Origin: Alphaproteobacteria bacterium
GTDB taxonomy: Bacteria > Pseudomonadota > Alphaproteobacteria > MPNO01
Assembly (NCBI GenBank): GCA_964291675.2
Contig: OZ219865.1
Span: 576,001-640,000, forward strand
Reading direction: 5' to 3'
Length of the DNA stretch: 64,000 bases
Both the position numbers and the translations under genes were made by a program. Below the pieces are notes generated by a model. The model did not search any database. It was not told where the DNA came from and saw nothing but the letters and a program-made list of their open reading frames with translations. Shown here one piece after another: positions 56,206-64,000 of this stretch. Numbering within the stretch: position 1 is the stretch's first letter; each line of letters opens with the position of its first letter.

Positions 56206-57941
56206 GCGACGGCATCGATCCCATCCTGACGGCGGTTATCCAGCGCCGGCTCAAGTCGATCACCGAGGAGATGGGGCTCACGCTCCTCAGGACCACGCGT
56301 TCGCCGATCCTCAACGAGGCGCGCGACTTCGTCACCGGCCTCTACGACGAGGCGGGCGACATGATGGAGCAGACCGAATACATCCCGGTGCTCGCCTTCG
56401 CGCTCCAGCCGGTCTGCAAGGAGATCGTCGCCTTTTTCGGCGACGACCTGCACCCGGGCGACGTGATCCTGCACAACGACGTGTTCTCGGGCGGCAACCA
56501 GAACAACGACGTGGCGGCGTTCCGCCCGGTCTTCGTCGACGGCGAACTCGTCGCCTGGGCCGCCTGCAAGGGCCACCAGGCCGATATCGGCGGCGCGGTC
56601 GCCGGTGGCTACAACCCGGACGCCCGCGAGGTCTGGCAGGAAGCGCTGCGCATCCCGCCGCTCAAGGTGATCGAGCGCGGCAGGCGGCGGGAGGACGTCT
56701 GGCGCATGGTGTTCGCCAACATCCGCTACCCCATCGTCGAGGAGGACATCAAGGCGCAGATCGGCGGCACCGCGGTCGGCGAACGGGGCATCCTGGAGCT
56801 GATCGGGCGCTACGGGCTGGGCGCGTTCCGCGCCCACAAGGCGGCGTTGTTCGCCGCCACCGAGCGCATGGTCGCGCGCGAGATCGAGGCCATACCGGAC
56901 GGGATCTATCGCGGCGAGAGCACGGTGTTCTATGACGGGGTGACCGACGGCACGGAGATGACGATCCGCCTCGCGGTCACCGTCGCGGGCGGGCGCATCG
57001 CCTTCGACTACAGCGGCTCCTCGCCGCAGACGCCGGGCTTCGTCAACGCGCCATTTGCCGCCACCGCGTCCGCGACCATGCTCACCTTCCTGATGCTGAT
57101 CGACCCCGACATCCCGCACAACGCGGGCCTGCACCGCCCGATCTCGATCGTCAACCCGGAGGGCTCGTTCCTCAACGCTTCCTTCCCGGCGGCGACCACC
57201 TTCGGCAACTCGATCACCGGGCCGACCTCGGATGCGATCATGCGCGCGCTCTCCCAAGCGCTTCCGCGCACGGTCACCGCCGGCTGGAACCGCTTCCTCG
57301 GCTTTGCGCTCACCGGCCGCGACGCCCAGCGGGACCGGCGCTTCGTCGACATCCTGTTCCTCGCGCTCAAGGGCGGGTCGGGTGCGACCTGGGAAGCGGA
57401 CGGCTACGATCACATCGGGCTGATCAACTGCGCCGGCGGCATCCTCGCCCAGGATTACGAGATGTTCGAAATCCAGAACCCGGTTCTGCTGGAACGCCAC
57501 GTATACCTGGCCGATTCCGCCGGGCCGGGCCGCTGGCGCGGCGGCCTCGGGGTCGAGACGGCAATGCGGATCGAGGGCGAGGACGTGACGGCGGTCGCCT
57601 TCGGCGACGGCATCGAGGACGGCGCCCGCGCCTTCGGCCTGTTCGGCGGCGAGAAGGGCAGCGTCAACACCAGCTCGTTCCGTTTGCCGGACGGCAGCGA
57701 GAGGGTGCCCAAGTCGAAGGAGATCGTCCGCAACATCCCGCCCGGCACGGTCTTCCGCCAGCGCGCCGGCGGCGGGGGCGGCTACGGCCCGCCGCGCGAG
57801 CGTCCCGCCGAGCTGGTGGCCGAGGAGGTGCAGGACGGCGTGATTTCGCCACAGGCGGCACGGGACGTCTACGGTGTCGCCGTCGACCCCGAAACCCTGG
57901 AGCTCGACCGCGAGGCGACCGCGGCGTTGAGGAGAGCATGA
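56202..57941 (+). CDS. Hydantoinase B/oxoprolinase family subunit
   Basis: EEMG..L.RT, EARDF, HQADIGG, DSAGPGRWRGG, GGGGYG. Confidence 0.92.
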   Translation: MSDGIDPILTAVIQRRLKSITEEMGLTLLRTTRSPILNEARDFVTGLYDEAGDMMEQTEYIPVLAFALQPVCKEIVAFFGDDLHPGDVILHNDVFSGGNQNNDVAAFRPVFVDGELVAWAACKGHQADIGGAVAGGYNPDAREVWQEALRIPPLKVIERGRRREDVWRMVFANIRYPIVEEDIKAQIGGTAVGERGILELIGRYGLGAFRAHKAALFAATERMVAREIEAIPDGIYRGESTVFYDGVTDGTEMTIRLAVTVAGGRIAFDYSGSSPQTPGFVNAPFAATASATMLTFLMLIDPDIPHNAGLHRPISIVNPEGSFLNASFPAATTFGNSITGPTSDAIMRALSQALPRTVTAGWNRFLGFALTGRDAQRDRRFVDILFLALKGGSGATWEADGYDHIGLINCAGGILAQDYEMFEIQNPVLLERHVYLADSAGPGRWRGGLGVETAMRIEGEDVTAVAFGDGIEDGARAFGLFGGEKGSVNTSSFRLPDGSERVPKSKEIVRNIPPGTVFRQRAGGGGGYGPPRERPAELVAEEVQDGVISPQAARDVYGVAVDPETLELDREATAALRRA

Positions 57942-59638
57942 CCTATCGCCCCCCGATCGACGACATCCTGTTCCTGCTGCATGAGGTCATCGGTGCGGAT
58001 GCCATTCTCGCCCGGACCGAATTCGCCCATGTCGACGCCGAGAGCCTGGAAGCCGCGGTGCGCCAGGCCGGCCGGGTCGCATCCGAGATCGTCGCGCCGG
58101 TGAACGCTGCCGCGGATCGCATCGGCGCCAGGCTGGAGAACGGGGTCGTCCGCCTGCCGCCCGGCTTCGTCGAGGCCTACGCGGCGTTCTGCGCCGGCGG
58201 CTGGCCGGGTCTCGCCCTTCCCGAGGAACACGGCGGGCAGGCGATGCCGGAGATCGCCCAGGCCGCGCTGTCGGAGATGTCGAACGGGGCCTCGCTCGCG
58301 TTCTCGATGCTGCCGGTGTGCGGACGGGCCGCGGCCCGGGTGCTGCTGGCCCATGCCGAGCCGGACATCCAGGCCCTCTGGGTGCCGAGGCTCGCGAGCG
58401 GCGAGTGGTCGGGCACCATCGTCATGACCGAGCCGCATGCGGGCTCCGATATCGGCGAGGCGCGGACCAGAGCGATGCCGAACCCCGACGGCAGCTACGC
58501 GCTGACCGGCACCAAGATCTTCATCTCCTTCGGCGACCACGACGCGACGCCGCAAAACGCCCATATCGTGCTCGCCCGGATCGCGGGTGCGTCGGACGGC
58601 GTGCGCGGTCTCAGCCTGTTCCTGGTCCCCCGGGTCATGGTCGGGGCGGACGGTACGCTCGGGCCGCGCAACGCCATCGCCGCCGCGCGCCTCGAGGACA
58701 AGATGGGCATCCACGGCTCGCCGACCTGCGAGATGCGGCTCGACGGCGCCACCGGCTACCTGCTGGGGGAACCGGGGCGCGGCATCCAGTGCATGTTCAC
58801 CATGATCAACACGATGCGCCTCGAAGTCGCGCTCGAAGGAGTGGGCATCGCCGGCGCCGCCCTCGACAGGGCCGCGCGCTACGCCGCCGAGCGCGTGCAG
58901 GGCGGCAGCGGCGGCGCGGCCACGGCCATCGTCGAGCATGCCGACATCCGCCGTACCCTGCTCAGGATGAAGGCGCTCACCGACGGTGCGCGCGCGCTCT
59001 GCTACGAGACCGCCGCGCTGCTGGATCGCGGCCGGCAGGACGAGGCGGGATTCCTGCTGCCGGTCTGCAAAGCGCTGGCGAGCGAGATCGCGGTCGAGGT
59101 CGCGAGCCTCGCCATCCAGGTCCATGGCGGGCACGGCTATATCGCCGAGCACGGCGTGGAGCAGCTGATGCGCGATGCCCGCATCACGCCCATCTACGAG
59201 GGCACCAACGGCATCCAGGCGATCGACCTCTTGCTGCGCAAGATCGGCCGCGACGAGGCGAAGACGCTCGCGAGGATCTGCGAAAGAGTGGAGGCGGATC
59301 TGGACGGCGAGGGCGAGATCGACGATGCGGTCGCGGCCGGGCTCGACGAATGGCGGCGCGTTTCCGCCCGCCTGCTCGACCGCCTCCGGGAAGACGCGAA
59401 CGGCGCCCTGTCCGGCGCCACCCCCTATCTCCGCCTCGCCGGCACGGTGCTGATGGGCTGGATGTGGCTGCGCATGGCGAAGGCCGCCGGGGACGACGCC
59501 TACGGCGACGAGATCCGCGCGCTGGCGCGGTTCTACGCGGCCGACGTCATGGCCGAGATCGACGCCCTCGCCCGAAGGGCTCTGATGCCCGCCGGCCTGC
59601 TCTACGCCCTCGACGCGGAAACGGTCGCCAGGGTCTGA
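57938..59638 (+). CDS. Acyl-CoA dehydrogenase
   Basis: MTEPHAGSD, GTKIFIS, KMGIHGSPTC, QVHGGHGY, IYEGTNGIQ. Confidence 0.93.
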   Translation: MTYRPPIDDILFLLHEVIGADAILARTEFAHVDAESLEAAVRQAGRVASEIVAPVNAAADRIGARLENGVVRLPPGFVEAYAAFCAGGWPGLALPEEHGGQAMPEIAQAALSEMSNGASLAFSMLPVCGRAAARVLLAHAEPDIQALWVPRLASGEWSGTIVMTEPHAGSDIGEARTRAMPNPDGSYALTGTKIFISFGDHDATPQNAHIVLARIAGASDGVRGLSLFLVPRVMVGADGTLGPRNAIAAARLEDKMGIHGSPTCEMRLDGATGYLLGEPGRGIQCMFTMINTMRLEVALEGVGIAGAALDRAARYAAERVQGGSGGAATAIVEHADIRRTLLRMKALTDGARALCYETAALLDRGRQDEAGFLLPVCKALASEIAVEVASLAIQVHGGHGYIAEHGVEQLMRDARITPIYEGTNGIQAIDLLLRKIGRDEAKTLARICERVEADLDGEGEIDDAVAAGLDEWRRVSARLLDRLREDANGALSGATPYLRLAGTVLMGWMWLRMAKAAGDDAYGDEIRALARFYAADVMAEIDALARRALMPAGLLYALDAETVARV

Positions 59639-61210
59639 TCACCAGTAGCCGATCAGCGTGCCGTGCTTGTGCGCGCCGTCGGTCCGCGCAAGAACCCGTT
59701 CCGTGGTGATGCCGGTGCGGTTCTTGCGCCGGGAGATGCGCTCGAACAGCGCGCGGTGCAGCTCGTCGCGGATGCCGGCATATCCCGGATCGCGGCCGAG
59801 ATCGACGAACTCGCCGGGGTCGTTGCGGAGATCGAAGAGCAGCGGCTCGAATCCCAGCGCGCAGACGTATTTCCAGTCCTCGGTCCGCAGCATGAACAGC
59901 CGCGCCTCGTGCACATCGACGCCGAGCTCGACGCGGGCCTTGTAGAACGCGTAGTCGAGCTCGCTATAGGCGTGGTCGCGCAGCTCCCCCTGTCCGCCGC
60001 GCAGCCGCCACAGCGCGGACCGGCCCTCGACGACATGGGTCGGGATCTCGATGCCGCAGGCTTCGAGGAAGGTGGGCACGAGGTCGATCGCCTCGATGAA
60101 GCCGCTGTCGGCGGTGCCGCGCGCCGCATCCGCCGCCTTGTCGGGGTCGTAGACGATCAAGGGGATCCGCACGGCCTGCTCGTGGAAAAACTCCTTCTCG
60201 CCGAGCCAGTGATCGCCCAGATAGTCGCCGTGATCGGAGGTGAACACGATCATCGTGTCGTCCATCCGGCCGGTCTCTTCGAGGTACCGGAAGACCCGCC
60301 CGAGGTGGTCGTCGATCTGCTTGATCAGCCCCATATAGGCCGGGATCACGGCCGCGCGCACCTCTTCGCGCGAGAACTCCCTGGACGCGTTGTGGTTCAT
60401 CATCGCGCCATAGACCGGGTGCGGGTCCGCGCGCTCGCGCGCCTCGCGGGAGGCGGCAAGCATGTGGTTGTGGCCGTACATCGCGTGATACGGCGCCGGC
60501 GCGATATAGGGCCAGTGGGGCTTGATGTAGGAGAGGTGGAGGCACCACGGCGCATCGCCCTGCTCGGCGAGGAACCGGAGCGCGCGGTCGGTCATGTAGG
60601 CGGTCTCGGAATGCTCCTCGGCCACCCGGGCGGCGAGCGGCGCGTTGCGCATGTACCAGCCCTCGCGCAGCTCCCCGTCCGGCCCCTCGCCCGAATTGGC
60701 GTAGTCGTTCCACGGGTTCGGGCCCTCGTAGCCCTGCGCGCGGAGATAGCGGTTATAGGGAAGATCGGGGTCGGCCTTGGGGTGCGGGTGCTCGCCGTCG
60801 TCCCGCTCGTAGGGCTCGAAGCCGCATTCCGAGACGAGGAGCCCGCTCTCGGTGTCGGGCGAGAGCCCGACCCGTTCCATCCCGGCAAGGTCGGGCATCA
60901 TGTGGGACTTGCCGACCAGCGCGGTGCGCATCCCGTGCGGGCGCAGGTAGTCGCCGAGCGTGAGCTCGCCGACCGGCAGCGGCACGAAGTTCCAGGTGGC
61001 GCCGTGGCTGAACGAGGTGCGGCCGGTATAGAAGGACATGCGCGACGGACCGCAGACCGGCGCCTGCACATAGGCGCGATCGAAGCGGACGCCCCTGCCG
61101 GCGAGGCCGTCGATATTCGGCGTCTCCAGATAGGGATGGCCGTAGCAGGACAGGTAATCCGCCCGTAGCTGGTCGGCCATGATGAACAGGATATTGCGAA
61201 CCTTGCCCAT
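59639..61210 (-). CDS. Sulfatase/phosphonate monoester hydrolase family
   Basis: NILFIMADQ, CGPSR (CxPxR), GKSH, PHWP, SDHGD...EK. Confidence 0.9.
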   Translation of the reverse strand: MGKVRNILFIMADQLRADYLSCYGHPYLETPNIDGLAGRGVRFDRAYVQAPVCGPSRMSFYTGRTSFSHGATWNFVPLPVGELTLGDYLRPHGMRTALVGKSHMMPDLAGMERVGLSPDTESGLLVSECGFEPYERDDGEHPHPKADPDLPYNRYLRAQGYEGPNPWNDYANSGEGPDGELREGWYMRNAPLAARVAEEHSETAYMTDRALRFLAEQGDAPWCLHLSYIKPHWPYIAPAPYHAMYGHNHMLAASREARERADPHPVYGAMMNHNASREFSREEVRAAVIPAYMGLIKQIDDHLGRVFRYLEETGRMDDTMIVFTSDHGDYLGDHWLGEKEFFHEQAVRIPLIVYDPDKAADAARGTADSGFIEAIDLVPTFLEACGIEIPTHVVEGRSALWRLRGGQGELRDHAYSELDYAFYKARVELGVDVHEARLFMLRTEDWKYVCALGFEPLLFDLRNDPGEFVDLGRDPGYAGIRDELHRALFERISRRKNRTGITTERVLARTDGAHKHGTLIGYW

Positions 61211-61234
61211 GTCAGCCCCCCGGGGGTTCGGGTT

Positions 61235-61966
61235 TCAGAGATGGCCCTTCATACGGGCTTCCATATAGCGCTCGTAGACCGGCTCCATCGAGGTCTGCCA
61301 GCGTTCGCGCTTGGCGGGATCGAGCGGGGTCAGGTTCACCGTTCGCAGGAGCTTTCGGCGTATCGCGCCCGTCGCCACGTCGACGTCGATGTCGAGAACC
61401 GACAGCCCGCCATAGTCCTGCTCCAGGGCCGGCATGGCGCCGAGACCGGTGCCGGCCGCCCAGCACAGTATGGCCCGGTTGACCGCGTCGTGCCCGACCA
61501 GCAGCAGGCGCCGCCAGCCGGAATCGGCAACCAGCCGCCGGACGGCGGCAAGCACCCGGGACTCGAAATCGGCGAAGCGCTCGCCATGCCCGAACCACGC
61601 CCCGCCCGACGCGGCGCCGTCATAGGCGTGGGCGAGCGCATCGAGCGCCTGCTCGGGGTCGACATCGGCGAACCGGCCGCCGCGGATCTCCGCGAGATCC
61701 GCGTCGTCCTCGATGGCGATGTCGCGGCCGGCAAGAGCCAGCTCCGCGGTCTCGCGGGTGCGCGGCAGGCCGCTGGTCACCGCGCGGTCGATCGCTTCGC
61801 CCTCCAGCAAATCCGCGACCGCCCGAGCCTCCGCCACGCCGCGCTCCGTCAGCCGCACGTTGCGCGGGTTGACCGGCCTGCCGTCGGCGTCGAAATACGA
61901 CACCTCGCCGTGACGCAGCAGGTACACGCGCTTGCGGACAAGCCCCGGCTCCACGGGTGCCTTCAT
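61235..61966 (-). CDS. Histidine phosphatase family protein
   Basis: YLLRHGE, SGLPRTRETA, LVGHD. Confidence 0.88.
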   Translation of the reverse strand: MKAPVEPGLVRKRVYLLRHGEVSYFDADGRPVNPRNVRLTERGVAEARAVADLLEGEAIDRAVTSGLPRTRETAELALAGRDIAIEDDADLAEIRGGRFADVDPEQALDALAHAYDGAASGGAWFGHGERFADFESRVLAAVRRLVADSGWRRLLLVGHDAVNRAILCWAAGTGLGAMPALEQDYGGLSVLDIDVDVATGAIRRKLLRTVNLTPLDPAKRERWQTSMEPVYERYMEARMKGHL

Positions 61967-63063
61967 CGTTCGCCGAGCGGCGGCGCCATGCGAAGCTCGC
62001 CGAGGGCCGCCCTGAAGGCGCGGTCGATGGGCATGGGCAAAGCGGGCATCTCCTCGCCCCGGTCGCTGCCCAGGCGCTCGGCGAACAGGCCGCGCTCGCG
62101 GAAATGCGGATCGGCCAGCGCCTCTTCCAGCGAGCGCACGATGGAACAGCAGCAATCGACCCCGCGAATCCGCTCTTCCCAGTAGGCCGCCGGTCGGGCG
62201 GCGACCAGCGCCGCCACCGCCGCCGCCGTTCCCTCGGGGTCGGCGGCATCGTCCCGCCACTTTTCCTCGAGCCCGACCACCTCGGCGAAGGCCTCCCAGA
62301 ACTGCTGCTCAAGCGGCGCGGCGGCCAGGACCCTGCCGTCCGAAGTCGGGTAGAGCCGGTAGCGCGGCGATCCGCCGGTCAGCAGGTCGCCGCCGTTCTT
62401 CGGCCAGAGCCCCGCGGCCTGGGCGTTGCCGATCGCCCAGAACATGAAGGGGAACAGGTTGTCGGCCATCGCCACGTCGAGCGTGGCCCCTTCGCCCGTG
62501 GCGTCCCGCTGCCTCAGCGCAAGCAGGATGTTGAGCACCGCGGGATAGGCACCGGCGGCGATATCGGCCATCAGCACCGGCGGCACTACGGGGCTGTCCC
62601 CGGGACCCATCGAGAGCGAGAGAACCCCGGTCTCGCCGATATAGTTGAGGTCGTGGGCGGCGATGTCCCGCCTGGCCCCGGTCTGGCCGAACCCGGTGAT
62701 CGAGCAGTAGACGATGCGCGGGTTGACCGCCCGCACCGTCTCGGCGGCGAGACCGAGGCGCGCCATCACGCCGGGGCGGAACTGTTCGACCAGGACGTCG
62801 GCGCGTTCGAGCAGCGGGCGGAGGCGCGCCCGGTCGGAGTCCTGCTTGAGGTCGAGGACCAGCGATTTCTTGCCGCGGTTCAGCATCGCGAAGTTGACGC
62901 TTTCCCCTCCCCATCTGGGGACGTAGCGGCGCATCTCCTCGCCGCCCGGGCGTTCGATCTTGATCACCTCGGCGCCCGCCTCGGCGAGCATCAGCGTCGC
63001 CAGAGGGCCCGGCAGCAGGGTGGAGAAATCGAGCACCAGGAGTCCGTCGAGTGGCGCGCTCAT
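61963..63063 (-). CDS. Class III CoA-transferase (CaiB/BaiF)
   Basis: LLPGP...GAEVIKIE, NRGKKS..LDLK, FRPGVM, HDLNY. Confidence 0.92.
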   Translation of the reverse strand: MSAPLDGLLVLDFSTLLPGPLATLMLAEAGAEVIKIERPGGEEMRRYVPRWGGESVNFAMLNRGKKSLVLDLKQDSDRARLRPLLERADVLVEQFRPGVMARLGLAAETVRAVNPRIVYCSITGFGQTGARRDIAAHDLNYIGETGVLSLSMGPGDSPVVPPVLMADIAAGAYPAVLNILLALRQRDATGEGATLDVAMADNLFPFMFWAIGNAQAAGLWPKNGGDLLTGGSPRYRLYPTSDGRVLAAAPLEQQFWEAFAEVVGLEEKWRDDAADPEGTAAAVAALVAARPAAYWEERIRGVDCCCSIVRSLEEALADPHFRERGLFAERLGSDRGEEMPALPMPIDRAFRAALGELRMAPPLGER

Positions 63064-63695
63064 CTTCTCTCCGAGCGCGCGGCGGCAACGCTCGCGGCGC
63101 GCGCCGGCGCATCGCCCGGCTGGCCGCTGGCGGCGAACAGCGCCGTGCAGACCGCATGGTGCCAGGCGAGCCCGCCGCGCACGGCGCGCTCGACCGGACC
63201 GTCGGGGTAACCGAGGCCGAGCCGGCAGGCGAGGTCCATGTCTTCCGCCTTCGCGAGCCCGTCGTCGAGCAGGCGGAGCGAAGCGTTGTATTTCGGCCGC
63301 ACCAGCCGGTCGACGATGCGCCCCACCCGGTCGGCGGAAACCGCGACGACGAGCCCGGCTTCCTCGAACACCGCGCGCGCCGCCCCCAGCGCCCGCTCGT
63401 CCGTGTTGGGTTGGCGCACCAGCTCGACGAGCCCGGACGGCGGGTCGTCGCCATTGCGATAGCGCGCGAAGCCGAGAACGTTCGAGCCCTCCTCCCCCGC
63501 CGCCTCCCCGGTGTGGACGCCGAGGCACTCGGTGCCGAGCTCGACCAGGATCGCGGTCTTGGACGGGTCGGGCTCGCAAGGCGCGCCGAGAAGGACGATC
63601 ACCTCCGCGTCGGGGACCGCGGCGGCGAGGAACGGATCGCCGTCGGGGAAGGAGCGGCTCTCGCCGTTCCGGCGAATCGCATAGGCCATGGTCAT
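63060..63695 (-). CDS. 3-hydroxyacyl-CoA dehydrogenase C-terminal-like protein (degenerate N-terminus)
   Basis: GRIVDRLV, DMDLACRLGLGYPDGP; no GxGxxG. Confidence 0.7.
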   Translation of the reverse strand: MTMAYAIRRNGESRSFPDGDPFLAAAVPDAEVIVLLGAPCEPDPSKTAILVELGTECLGVHTGEAAGEEGSNVLGFARYRNGDDPPSGLVELVRQPNTDERALGAARAVFEEAGLVVAVSADRVGRIVDRLVRPKYNASLRLLDDGLAKAEDMDLACRLGLGYPDGPVERAVRGGLAWHHAVCTALFAASGQPGDAPARAASVAAARSERR

Positions 63696-64000
63696 GCCCC
63701 GAACATCCGGCTGTCCTCGTAGTCGTGGAAGCCGCGGCCGGATTTTCGGCCCAGCCGCCCCGCCGCGACCATCCGGCGCAGCAGCGGCGGCGCCGCGGCG
63801 CGGGGGTCGAGGGTGATCGGATAGAACGCCTCGGACAGCAGGATCTGGGTATCCAGCCCGATCAGGTCGATCAGCTCGAGCGGACCCATCCTGTAGCCCA
63901 GCGCCGTCTTGATCGCGGTGTCGATGTCGGCCGGGCTGGCGACGCCCGCCTCGACCGCGCGGATCGCATCGTTGTTGAACGGGACCAGCAGCGCGTTGAG
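63692..64000 (-). CDS. 3-hydroxyacyl-CoA dehydrogenase, 5' end outside window
   Basis: NDAIRAVEAGVASPADID, MGPLELIDLIGLD, GRLGRKSGRGF. Confidence 0.85.
   Translation of the reverse strand, partial: LNALLVPFNNDAIRAVEAGVASPADIDTAIKTALGYRMGPLELIDLIGLDTQILLSEAFYPITLDPRAAAPPLLRRMVAAGRLGRKSGRGFHDYEDSRMFGA

Overview
High-GC bacterial chromosome segment, probably alphaproteobacterial (inferred from gene families and palindromic repeats). Most of it is catabolic: CoA ligases, crotonases, amidohydrolases, a Rieske oxygenase with a GS-like ligase, UbiD, hydantoinase A/B, a sulfatase-family enzyme and three cobalamin/Fe-S reductase-family genes. It also holds ribA, a D,D-carboxypeptidase and a complete bufferin-type RiPP operon (DUF2282-DUF692-DUF2063-DoxX). 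The standout is a 10,123-bp element integrated in tRNA-Lys(UUU), bounded by a 64-bp att direct repeat (15316-15379 / 25439-25502). It encodes an integrase, an AlpA/Xis-like protein, an HTH initiator with internal 22-bp iterons, and a head-only morphogenesis module: lambda-type portal, HK97-type capsid and protease, lambda gpA-type terminase and a gpW-like protein, in a non-canonical order. I recognise no tail, lysis, primase or small-terminase genes, so it looks like an unusual capsid-forming phage satellite. All family calls come from motif recognition by eye, not database searches, and several starts were moved from the ORF track to more plausible codons.
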